From positions 31,250,001 through 31,314,000 of the forward strand of contig NC_045697.1 of NCBI RefSeq assembly GCF_009834535.1: 64,000 bases of DNA. The letters are read 5' to 3'. How positions within the stretch are numbered: the first letter of the stretch is position 1; each line of letters begins with the position of its first letter. Below the pieces are notes generated by a model, which had not been told where the DNA came from, made no database searches, and was given only the letters and a program-made list of their open reading frames with translations. The translations under genes were made by a program, and so were the position numbers. Source of the stretch: Camelus ferus (lineage: Eukaryota). Shown one piece after another: positions 51,795 to 63,100 of this stretch.

Positions 51795-52598
51795 CAAAAT
51801 TCTTATCATTTAGAGTGTTAGGTTTTTATTGTCTTCATACATGGTAATGCATAATCTTGAGAAAACACTGTCTCTGATCTTTCCATGTCTCTGCAGAAAT
51901 TTTCTCCGAAGCAGTGGATACCGTTTTCTGGCGGCCTTTGTTATTTGAATAAATGCCCAGTTGGCCGCTGCTCCCTTGCCGGCTCCTGCCCTGGGCTCAC
52001 GCACGGCCTGGCAGTGGCTGGGAGGGAAAGTGCTGAGCCGGGGGACTGGCGCAGCTGCTCCTGCAGCTTCAGATCCTCAGGGCTGCTGCTTCACACCAGA
52101 GTGCCTCAGCGCTTCTGAACTGTCAGCTGTAAAATTCTCTGCCTGTCTCTGGCCAATTTGTCTATATTCTCGCAGATTCCTGGGGAGGTTGATTGGTGTG
52201 ACACAAAAACACATTTTTTTCACTCATCACCCCACATCTGTATCCTTTTAGCTAAAGGCACGCAAGGTGCTCTTTCTCTTCTTGAGTCCCTGGAGCTCCC
52301 GCTCCTCTTTAAGGAGTTCGAGATCAATCGTGACTTCTCTCTGTTTGTGTTTACCTGTGGAAATGGAAGCTTAGAGCGAGATTTAAACGTCCCAAGTCTT
52401 TCCCACAGAGCCTGGAATATTTCCAAATAAGTCACAGTTGCTCATGACATCATAAGAATCACTCAATATGTATATACATACAGACTGAACATAAGTGGTG
52501 GCCGCTGCTTTTAACAACAGCTTGTGCTGGTGATAACTTAATAAAGATCAGTAGATGATCTTTAATGAATGAGCGAATAATTAATTAAAGGAAATATT

Positions 52599-52731
52599 GG
52601 GGGAGGGTATAGCTCAGTGGTAGAGTGCATGCCTAGCATGTGGGAGGTACTGGGTTCAATCCCCTGCACCTCCAATAAAAAGTAAACAAATAAATCTAAC
52701 TGTCCCCTCCCCCCCAAAAAGGAAAAAAAAA
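52599..52731 (+). mobile_element. tRNA-Ala-derived camelid SINE (Vic-1-type)
   Basis: ggggagggtatagctcagtggtagagtgcatgcctagcatg...gggttcaatcccc...cctcc head with A box (52610-52620) and B box (52653-52663), then aaataaa, a C-run and an A-tail characteristic of Vic-1. Confidence 0.92.
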
Positions 52732-53704
52732 TTAAACTCTATTAAAGTCAATGTTGTGATCAAAGATTTTGAATGTTTAGTTACTTAAAATACTGATGAG
52801 CCTTTTGGGATCCCAGAGGAAGCAGATTTGAAGCTTTCTATGTAAACAGTATGTACTTTCAGTTATTGGTTGATAATAACAAATAAGTTCATATGTAACA
52901 AAAATATACCATGATTCCTATCATGCTCTCACGAGTGTTACTGAAGTGCACTATCATTTGTCAAGACCGAATATTAGCATTTCAATCTATTTTCCATTAG
53001 AAATCCGCTGTTTCTATTTTTGTTTTTGTTTTCTTCTAAGATGAGACATAGGTCACGTCATTCCTTCCCAGGGAGAGGTGACTCAGACAGAATGCTGTTT
53101 AAGGGGTGATGTTCCTCAAAGCAAGCTGCCTGCTCGGAGTCAAAAGTGCTCGCCTCTACCCACAGCTATTTCCTCTGATGGTTCAGGATGATGACAGACT
53201 GCCTTCCCTAAAGGGAAGTGTCTCACAAAACTACTGGGTGGCATAGAATGTCTATACCAATGATGTATTTCTCCAGTACAGTCTTTTCCCTATGATTTCA
53301 ATTTCATGATAGATTTGTAGATTAAAATCTCAAATTGATATAGGAAAGGTAGTTAGGATACTTACTATTTTTAAAAGAAATGCATCTCAATGGCCTCTTT
53401 TCTCTTCCCTTTATTTGGCAAGTTGACCTCCTTAGATGCACTTTGGGCATCAGTGCAGTTTTTGGAGATAGTTTGCTCCCGTGCACCCTCATCCGGCTCC
53501 CTCCACTCTCCCTAGAGCTTCTTCTGCTGACCCTCCCCTCTCTCCTCAGCCTTGCCTTCTAACACTCCTCAAAAACTATTATGGTTTAACTTCTGGCCAT
53601 TGCAACTTTGATAAATAAGATCTATTCCTATTTTAATTTTAATTTTTAAATCACCAGATAGGTTAAACTTAAAAATATATATATATTTTGGCCCATATAT
53701 TTTG

Positions 53705-53910
53705 GAATTGTTAACATTTATGGACTTCACATGTGTCTCTCACTCTATGAGGCATATTTCATACATGCACTTGTTTAATCCTTTAAACTTTTGTTGTAAG
53801 AGAGGTACTATTATTAACCCCATTTTGCATATAATGGAACTGAGCAGAGCTTGTGTTAAATCAATTTCTATGTGCCCTGAGGTCTCTGTTCTCAACTATC
53901 ACACTACCCT
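53705..53910 (-). mobile_element. MIR SINE
   Basis: ttgtttaatcct...agaggtactattattaaccccattttgcatataatggaactgag...tctcaactatcacactac. Confidence 0.75.
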
Positions 53911-54414
53911 GCTGGGATAATCCTCTGGTGAGGCAGCATAAAAGCTATTTCAGTTCCCCAGGATTTTTAAATTTTCATGAAGAGAGGTTGGATGCCCTCT
54001 CACGGGCTCATCTAGCTTGGGATTCAAATTCTTCTCACCAGTGTCGTGTTATTGTTCTGAAAGAGGGTTGAGAAGCAAAACAAGAACTGGAGACTCACTT
54101 ATTCTCTTTTTTATATCTGCAGCTGATCCCTGTGGTTGTCTATGGTTCCAAGAGTTAAGACTGTTCTACATTAGTGTCTGCTTAGATGAAATGAAGAAAT
54201 TTGCGACTCATTGTTTTCCTAACACTGATTCCTCCTTTCACTCTTTTCTTTCTGATTCTATTATTGTCTTTGTATAACTTTTCCTTTCAGCACCTCCACT
54301 AATACAGTACCATTTGCAGACTCATTTTCTGGGTGTGCTGTGTAAGTCTAAAAGTTCAAGAATACATAAGTCAACTTATGCATTGAGGGCAGTGTGGCCT
54401 GATGAGTGGAGTTC

Positions 54415-54636
54415 TTTTTTTTTTTTTAAATTACTTTTTTGAGGTATGACTGACAAAAAGTTGTACATATTTACAAACTTGATGAGTTTGGTGATAAGTA
54501 TGTATTCCTGAAAGCATCAACATCCATAACTTCCAAAACTTCCTCTCATCCTCTTTATTTTTATTTATTTTTTGTTAATAAGAACATTTACCATAAGATC
54601 TACCCCCTTTAGCAGATTGTTCAATATACACTGCAG
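54415..54636 (-). mobile_element. L1MA/L1MB-type 3' terminal fragment
   Basis: Poly-T, then ttgaggtatgactgaca...gatgagtttgg...taagaacatttaccataagatctaccccctttagcagatt. Confidence 0.8.
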
Positions 54637-54699
54637 GAATGAACAAAATTTTTGATCAAGCATCACGAAAGCAGGGCACTGGCTCTCTTGCCAATAACA

Positions 54700-54905
54700 T
54701 CAATATTAAGAACTTATGTTTATTGACTGCTTACTATCTGCCACACAATATTTTAAACTTTGTATGTGTTTTTCATTACTCAATACTCAAAAAACTCAAG
54801 AAGGAAGATAATATTGTTATTTCCAAATTACAGATCAAGAAACAGACCCAGAGAGGGAACACAACATGCTCAGACTTACACAGGTAACATATGACAGCCA
54901 GATCT
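54700..54905 (-). mobile_element. MIR SINE
   Basis: tttattgactgcttactatctgcca...ttatttccaaattacagatcaagaaacagacccagagagg. Confidence 0.7.
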
Positions 54906-57589
54906 CCTGAGTTTTGCTAATTCGTCGTGTACCTGTGTACCCAGGTTTTCACTGGTAAAATTGATGGGTTTCCATGAGTGATTTCTAAAGGTCCCTTCTG
55001 TTTCTAAAATTAACTGAAGTCTTCCCAGAGAAGACTTATTTCAATTTAGGAAAATCACCTGTTTCATCTCTATTCATTACAAATCCATTTTCTTCCTCTG
55101 ACTTTTTTCTCTTCTGAGGCTATTTAGGCCCAAACTGTGGAATTTTATCCTTGTAGTTGCCTAATTTTATACCCAGAATGCTGAAGTCGGTGAGTCCTTA
55201 AGTAAAATTAACATTTTTATTTCCTTTCTGCAGCTCCCAGTGCCAAGTAAAGCAACTGGTCCACAATAGGTTCGCATGAAATGCTGAATTTTGAATAATA
55301 CCCATTTTTTATGTTTATGTGAGTTTTATTTGTGTATTGTTTTGTTCACTGAATTATAAATGCACTGAGGACCGTATGCTGACATTGGAGTTGGGAATAG
55401 GGCAACAGTTAGATTCAATTTGCCAAGTTAATTTTGAACTACCAAATGGCAGCCCATTTTTCATCTTGAGTCCAAGCTCCGAAAAGAAACACCACAGCAT
55501 GTTTTCCCTGTATTTTAGCATTTTGTGGACCCGGAGCATTTGGGAGTCTTGCTGCCTTTATTCACTTTTGCAGATGGAGACATTAATCTCTTCTGAGCAT
55601 GTGACCAGGTCACATTCCACATTCTGAATATTTTACAATTTGTCATGAGGTTTACAAGGAGCAGGAAATGGGCTTGAGATGGAAGGGAAGAGTTCAGGGT
55701 GCTGCTCAGCATTTTCTTTATGTTCCCCCAATTATTAAAGATGACGGAACTATTTAAACCCCAATTTTAAAGACAGTACTAAGGAGAACTAACATGACTC
55801 CAGAGTTCACTTTCCTTAGAAACAGAATTATGCTTCCACGTAAATTGCTAACATCCTATGGTGTTTTCATGTGTATTTTCATCGTTTCATTTTCTCCTCC
55901 CTGCTTTGGCTGGCGCTCACCGCCAGTGAGAACTGTTAATTTTAAAGTTGGGCTTGTTTAGCATTTTTTTTCTTCCTGCTCTTTAGTTTTAATGAACCGA
56001 GAAGTTTTAAAATAAAATTCATATTTAATTTTGTTAAGTGCCCATTTCTCATCAAACCTTTTTGCCTGTTTCATATTTTCACAGATTAGAGTTTTAATGA
56101 GTAAGCATAAAACATGAGTGCAGTTTCGCATTGTCTTCTTAAAGGTAGCATTTTCCCAGCTAATAAATTATTTCAAATGAGTAGACAGAGCCCACACAAA
56201 GTCTTTGTTCCTCATATTTTAGGTGATCCATTTATAATGCCTTTTCTTAAATGTTTACTGGATCTGACCTAATCAACCCATTAAGATAGGAGGATATTCA
56301 TTATTTTTCTTTTCCTTATTATTGCATTTTAATATTAATTTCACTAGGGATCAGTAGCTAATTCTGCCACCTCATCTTAGAGGAGTCATTCTTCAAATCC
56401 AGAGGTTACCAAAATGATAATGATCTAATGAGAGAGACAGCATCCATTTTTTTCAGCTATTTACTCCAAAGCAATGAAATAGGAAGGCAATGAAAAGAAA
56501 TCACGCTGGTTATTAATAAAGAATGAGAAAGAAAAAAAAAGGTGGGAAGGAAGGAAGGAGTCACAGTGGAAGATGAAACGTTTTAGGAATTGAGTTTCTG
56601 GCTCCTGGAATAGTGGTAGCTCTTCTTGTCCAGTCTGGTGACAGTTTGCACACTGACTGTGCAGAACTCCATGGCATGCTGTAGCACAAGGCTTGTAGTG
56701 TGACGGTTTCGATTTTTCATCTCTTAAATGCGTAAGTTCAAAGGTAAATTGATTCGTTGATGACATTCTCATGGTTATGTGCTCATCTCTGGCCTGGGCA
56801 TACTCTGTTCTTAGTTGATAACATATCTTTTTTTTTTTTTTTTTTTTTTTGCATTGCTGTGTGTTTAAACTTGTATCTGTGATTTGACTCTTTACGAATC
56901 AATATGCAAATGTTAATACCAGAAATAAAGGGGGTGACCTGCAGTCCCACATATAACAAAACACACACACACAAATCTTGCCCACATCAGTTTTGTTGTT
57001 GAATTATAGAAATTATTAAGGGTCCTTAGAGATTGTCTAGAGTAGACTGTTCACTACCCAGACTTAAAAAATGATACCAAGGAAGTTAGATGCTTTGTGC
57101 AAAGTTATGGCTTCATCATGATCATTTGTGTGTAGAAATGTATACCAGACAGCATACCAGATTGTGATACATGAGGGTTTTTTACTCATAAAAAATTAAC
57201 GGACAAATATTTCCAATTATAAGGATTCTTATGGGGAAAAGGAAGTAAAAGGATTAAAAGAGAGGAAGAGTGAAGCATGTAGAGGAGGGCACTTAGCATT
57301 AATTTCAGTAACTTCTGGGCCAGTAATCTTCTATGTGCATTTTATTCAGTCCTCATGCTAACCCTACATAGTAGACAGTATTCTCAATCAATAAATAACA
57401 GAATTGCTGTCTTGAGGGACTAAAAATCTTGCTAAACTAATAAAACAGGGTTTCAATTCAAGTCTGTCTCAGTGGAAATGTCAACTTATTTACTTAACAA
57501 AACCTTTAGAATTTAAAACATAGGAGATAATACTTACACTGGTATGTAGCTTTTATATTTTCCCACAATTCTTTATTACCCACCAGTCG

Positions 57590-58080
57590 TTTATTTTAAA
57601 TATTTTTGAGAACTTACTGCTGGTAGCCTCTATCCTATGTGCAGAGGGTTAGAAATAGACCTTCTGTCCCTTGGAGCTTACCATATGGTATTGTTGCTCA
57701 GAAAAACATGGCAATGTGTCATAAGAGAGACATAAGTGACCCAGCAATTCAGAGGTAGGAATCATCACTCTGTTCTTAAACCATCAGTGATATTCATGGA
57801 AGAGATAGCTTTTTTTTTTCTGACTGCGAGCGACTGGGCGAATGACATTTGATGAGAAGGGAAGGCATGAGTCAATTATCAGGGGTTTGAAAGCAGAGAA
57901 CATATTTAAGACGTTTTGAGTACAATCTGACCAAGTGTCCTTACTGTGAAAAAGTGTATTACAAAATGCTTCAGGATAGATAAACTGAGACGTTATTCCA
58001 GGGGTCTTTGATGCCAATGGTAAGAATTTTCAGTCTTATCCAGGAGGCAATGCAAAGCCACAGAAAGTTGTTGAGAAGTT
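57590..58080 (-). mobile_element. L2 LINE 3' fragment
   Basis: aaatatttttgagaacttact...tcccttggagcttac...tgacatttgatg...ggtaagaattttcagtcttatccaggaggcaatgcaaagcca. Confidence 0.65.
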
Positions 58081-58208
58081 GTAGCATAACCTCACCAGAA
58101 TTGGTTTGAAAACTTTCTCTAACACTTACCAGTGTACAACACTGACCAAATTACTCATTATTTTTAAGTATTGATTTCCTCATCTGTAAAATGTGAAAGA
58201 AAATGCCT

Positions 58209-58440
58209 TGCATTAGTCACTCCTTGCCACAATAAAACTGTGTAACAAAACCTCTTCTAGTTTTGTACTCTATAATCAGAAGTATGTGTTCTCATGCTCA
58301 CAATGTGTAGATGGACTGTGTATCACCTGACCTAGCGTGGGCTCGGTGGAGCAACCCTGCTTCTGCTTGCTGGCAGGGTTCACTTCCACCCCTTGTGTGT
58401 TTATTCTGGAGTCCAGATTGAAGGGTGACAGTCACTAGCA
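58209..58440 (-). mobile_element. MLT1J/K-type MaLR LTR fragment
   Basis: tgcattagtca...tgccacaataaaactgtgtaacaaa...tcatgctcac...gggctcggtgg...attctggagtccagattgaaggg. Confidence 0.6.
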
Positions 58441-58441
58441 G

Positions 58442-60863
58442 TGTGTAAGGACCTCTTGGAAAAAGGTTTAAGATAGATATATGCAGGCAGGAAGTATATT
58501 GGGGAGGCTCTTGGGATGAATATCTGTGGGATTAAAAGGGAAATAAGATTAAGCAAGAGGAAGAGTAAAACTCAATGATGTCACAACCAAGGTCTCAGCT
58601 AATTTCACTGGATGCTCTGGAGCTAAGATCATGCATCAGAGTAGTGCCACCTGCGTGGATACTGAATTCAATTCGGACACCATGTCCAACAAGTCCTTAA
58701 ATTATCTGGGCATTATTCTGCTTTACCAAATGTGTAGTTACCACTGAAAATCCCTTTTAAGAAAGGACTGGGGAAAATACTACAAGATTCTTCTGCTATG
58801 TGGTTGCAGTATTTTTCCTCCCTGGGGCCTGGTGAGTCCAGTATTTGTGTATTAGGACCAAAATCTGGCCCAGATCTGGAACCAGACAAAATATTATGAC
58901 ATTCTTTTAGGGGTCAACTGCTCCCTGACTCTTAATCTTCCCTCCTGGATCGCTTCTTATTGCGCAGGTTCAGTAGTACTGATAACAGCTCCCTATTTAT
59001 TTCACTCTGATGAAAACTTTGCTCTATGAACTGTCTCCATAATTCTTAGTGGGTCAAGGCCCCTTGATGACCTTTACCATCTTGCCTCTCATTTTGGTAA
59101 TTGAACTCATCTCACTTGACAAAGTAAGCGCTGCTCCCTGCCCTGTGTTGTTTGGGGGTCCTTTTGTATCCATTGTTCCTGGTAGCCTGGTTGAGTAACA
59201 GCGTCTTTTACCGTGAGACCTGGCCGACCGGGGTGAGAGGTCACTGAACTCGGAGATGGTGACTCTTTCACCAGCACATCCCTTACAGCTTCTGTAAACG
59301 ACTTATCCCCTGGACCCTACCGTTACATTATCCTCTGGTCGGTTTTCTGGTCTTAGATGATACATCCACTTCTCTGAGCCTTTGTTTTTCTTTTATTCCA
59401 CTTTATTCCATGACAATTCTAGATTTCTACCTCACTCCATGTGGCCCAAAGCTTTTCCCACACTTCCAGGAGCCATCCTTCAGCATGCCTACACCATCAC
59501 CAAAGACTTTGTGGGGTATTTAATTTATATCATGGAACAGTGCTCCTATATCAATATACTCTTTTTCATGCAAGTGTATATCTGACATCTCTTGATCTAG
59601 CATCCTGAGAATCCAGTCCATGTATATTTTAGTGTCTTTTATGGAAAAGTGTTGGCTACATCTTGTAGTTCCTTCTGGATGCACTTTCTTTTCTTTACTT
59701 GCAGACCCACCATTTTCTCCAACTGGGATATCTTTTGACTTAATATTATTGTTTTTAATGATTGGCTTAGTGACCAAGAGGAGAGGTGGAGGGGAGCAGG
59801 TCCTGAGTAGGGGGTGGTACATTTTGTGTTGTAGGGAATAGGTCTATGAATTGTTTTCAATCAATGGAGAGAGAGAGGGAGATAGAGAGAGAAAGGGGTG
59901 TTCCAGCCTTTGAAAAAGAGGAGTGGGCTGCGTTTGTAAGCTCATGTGAAGCAACCAGATGTCCCTATCCCATGTGGCAGGCTCTCATTCTTTCCCAGTT
60001 ATCACCTTGACTTTGACATAAGTTAAAGTTTTGTTTGGAATTTCATCTTTCTCTAGTGCACGCCTTCTCTTACAATCAGCAACATTCTCTGACAACCCAC
60101 TGCAGGAGAGAAGAATCTTGTTGACTTTCACGCTTACTTTAATAACCCAGTAATAACTATTAGCTTTTTTATTATCTTCTCTCGAGCACGAATCTAGCAT
60201 AGTGATGGCCACCAGATTCCATTTTCTTTAGAATCAGTCCTTCCCCCAATATTACTCAAATTCCTGATATGCTGTATCAGCTCATATATTATCTTCTACC
60301 ATTGTACCATCTCAGTTCATCATCAAAGAAAATTTTAACAATCGGCCTGCTTCCATGTTTCAAGGGCATTTGATGCTCTATCTTCCCCCATGTATAGGGT
60401 ACCAAGCTGCAAAATCCCATTTTAGTTTCTCAGACCACCCCTAGTACCAGCTGTCACGGGTTGGGTTCTTGTGAGATGGGTTCATTCTCTGAGATGGGGA
60501 CTGTAGAAAGCAAGGCTAGACAGAAAGGGAAGTTGAGTTGTGCCGTATCCCTACCAAGGGCCCCCACTGACCTTGTGGGAAGCTCAGGAGCTCCAGGGCA
60601 GGGAGGCCCATGTGGGGGTGACGGAATGAGGCCTTTTCATCCCTGGACTGACCGATCATTAAATAAGCACACCTCCGGGAAGGAAGCAGAACCTTGGAAA
60701 AGATCATTTTCTTCAGCTGAAGCAGTCCTTAAAGAGGGCTGATGGCCAGGGCTGATCTCCTGGCAGTAGTCCCAGCGCCTGGTGGGTGGTACTTCTGATG
60801 TTATTTCTGTCGGGATGTCTGGCAGCGTGTCATGGCATCCACTGCCATCACAGTGTCCACTGC
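58442..60863 (-). mobile_element. Decayed ERV-L (class III, LTR16/ERV3-16A3-like) provirus: 5' LTR 60452-~60863, PBS, gag, start of pro, partial 3' LTR 58442-~58651
   Basis: Two same-orientation LTR16-like segments flank an internal region. Minus-strand PBS TGGTACTAGGGGTGGTCT (60432-60449) resembles the tRNA-Leu(TAA) PBS TGGTACCAGGAGTGGGGT. ERV-L Gag and protease peptide motifs lie between the LTRs. Confidence 0.9.
58657..60400 (-). pseudogene. gag: ERV-L gag and protease N-terminus, disrupted by stops and frameshifts
   Basis: Minus-strand peptides VKVKVITGKE*EPATWDRDIW, PPPLLLVTKPI, KELQDVANTF, DWILRMLDQEMSDIHLHEKEYIDIGALFHD, GWLLEVWEKLWATWSEVEI, QRLRE, WMYHLRPEN and GPGDKSFTEAVRDVLVK...RPGLTVKDAVTQ occur in the same order as HERV-L/MuERV-L Gag motifs. 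FKDLLDMVSEL (LLDMVS at 58675-58692) corresponds to protease LLDTGSEL. Confidence 0.88.
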
Positions 60864-61309
60864 TTTAATTCTAGCTCGGAAATCACCCCACGGCCTCTGA
60901 CTCTCCTAATCCTCACTCCACCAAACAGCTGAACAAAGGTCACCAATGGCCTCCTTATGGCCATTCTGGCCAAAAGCTCTGCAGCTGGATTATGTCCTCA
61001 GTCTGACCCATCCCTGTGCTTTTCTGTCTCCTAGGTAGCAGAAAGTATGAGTCAGTGAGAGAAAAATACTGGCTCCATATAGATAAGGGATTGTGTCTTT
61101 ATTGTAAGTGATTCCCTCATAACGCATTATGCAAATCTGGACTTGGACTCACTATATTTTATGTCACTCTTTCGCATTTGTGTCTGTTTCCTACTAAAGA
61201 CTAAAATTCTTGAAGACGGACCCACCTCTATTTGTATTCCCATCAGCTATTACCGTTGCTAACACAGATTATGCTAGTTTCCTTCTCCATTCTCTCCATG
61301 GTGACAGTG

Positions 61310-62160
61310 GTCCAGAGAGAAAACATTACGAGGTAACACCTGTGAAGATGCTACCACAGCAGGTCAAGTGACAGAAATCAAAGCTGAACTAGGAGGTGAC
61401 AATGGGGACAGGAAAAGCAATAGGTAAGAAAGATAAAATGGAATTGATTTGACAGGAATTGATGATGAATTTCCTATGACAGTTTAGGGAAAGGTAGTGG
61501 GAACAATAAGGATGTTAAGGATGCAGAGGACACAGGAAGACTGGTTTGGCAGCAAAGGAAAATGATAACCTCACTTTTGGACATTCGACTTGAAGGCTCT
61601 TGGAGTCCTCAATTTGGAAATATCGAGAAATCTACTGAAAATGTGAGACTGGGCATTGGAAGGTAGAGGCACCAGAAACATAAACCCCAAAATTATATGG
61701 ATAATGCAGATAATGGAAACCACTGGAGTCCGTTGCCTGAAAGAGCCTGTGGAGAATACAGAGAAGAAAATCATGAGTTGAACTTGGGCAACACATGTAT
61801 TTGAAGACATAGGAAAAGTAAGACACCAAGAAGGGAAAGAAGAAGAGGGGAGAATAAAACAAACATAGTGTGGTATCTCTGATGCTATTAAAAGGAACAC
61901 TTCAAGAAGGATGAAGCAGTAGAGGTAGCAGTGTTACCAGGACATCAAAGAGAGTGAGGAAGGTGACGAAGGGAACGATGAGCTCAGCAATTATCCTAAT
62001 TCCATTAACAAATGTATATTTGAGCGTCTGTTTTGTTTCAGACCTTATGACAGGCATCTTTAGACGCAGCAAAACACAAGATTGATACAGTTGTAGTTCC
62101 TCTGGAAACAAAAACATCCTTGAGAGAGCAGTTTCACTAAGGAGCTGGGAGCTAAAAGAA
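61310..62160 (-). mobile_element. L2 LINE relic
   Basis: ttgacaggaattgatgatgaatt...acaggaagactggtttgg...ttttggacatt...agaagaaaatcatgagttgaacttgggcaacac...aacatagtgtggtatc...gagagcagtttcactaag. Confidence 0.7.
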
Positions 62161-62974
62161 TGTAATTAGTCTCACAAACAAGGCTCTAGACTAGAGAGGT
62201 CACATGTCTTTACCGGCTTCTGTCATTTGAATTCTGCTACTTTTTCCCCCTTTATGGGTGATGCCAGGCAGTGTTTACTGATTTTACAAATGAAGTCAGC
62301 ACTGAGAAATTAAGGGTCTTGCCAAATTCACAAAGTGAGGTAGTGACAAAGCTAGGAAAAGAATCTGATTCTCTTTTCTGTTGTGTTTTCACTGTGCAAA
62401 TCTGCATATTTATTAGAATTTGAAGCAATTGCAGAACTTAGAGGTTTAACATTTCATATCAGGATATCATCATTATTTTGTTATTTTGGTTACAAATGAA
62501 ACGTAAGAAAATAACATCCCTTCATGGTGCTGGGCACTGAGATTTAAGGGTGAGCAGGACAGAGCAGGCCCTGCGTTCACAGACAATACAGCAAAGTAGG
62601 GGAGAAAAAAAAACAATTCACAAGAGAAAAAAGAAAGTCTTCTGAGACCTCTGGAGAAAAAAATATGGATTAATATTTGTACTTTATTATCATTTAATCA
62701 TTTCATACAGATGTCTGCTAACCCATTCTGACTCTTATTCAGTCAAGCAATTTATAGAAAAATTTTACTTTCTAGAACTGTTGGCACATTAATTTTAAGG
62801 TGGTAAATTCACTTACTGATCATTTACCCTGATGTATGTAAGTTCATATAGAATTCTTTGTCCTTATATAACCTTTACATCACGTGAGTTCAGACTAAAT
62901 ACAGGCCCTATTTCCCATACCCCACACTTTCATTGTTCCAGAATAACATAACTTTGCATTTCAGTGAATCAATA

Positions 62975-63100
62975 ATATAATATAGTGTAATATAATACAG
63001 TTGTAATAAAATCTTTACATATATTATAATCTAAATTTATGTATTATATTTTTATAATATATATATTACATAGTATGATTAATCATAAAATAATTAATCA
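62975..63100. repeat. AT-rich low-complexity tract
   Basis: ataatataatata...tataatatatatatta; includes the palindrome tatgattaatcata. Confidence 0.8.

Noticed and set aside
52599..52673. tRNA-Ala(AGC)-like gene
   Set aside because: The anticodon stem is broken (catgc/gtggg), and the head is followed by the SINE-specific AT-rich/C-run/A tail with no Pol III T-run terminator. It is a Vic-1-type SINE.
59520..59822. 100-aa ORF as a possible exapted Fv1-like gag gene
   Set aside because: It is only a stretch between frameshifts. Neighbouring Gag motifs lie in other frames with in-frame stops (e.g. GKE*EP, VEI*), so there is no intact gag.
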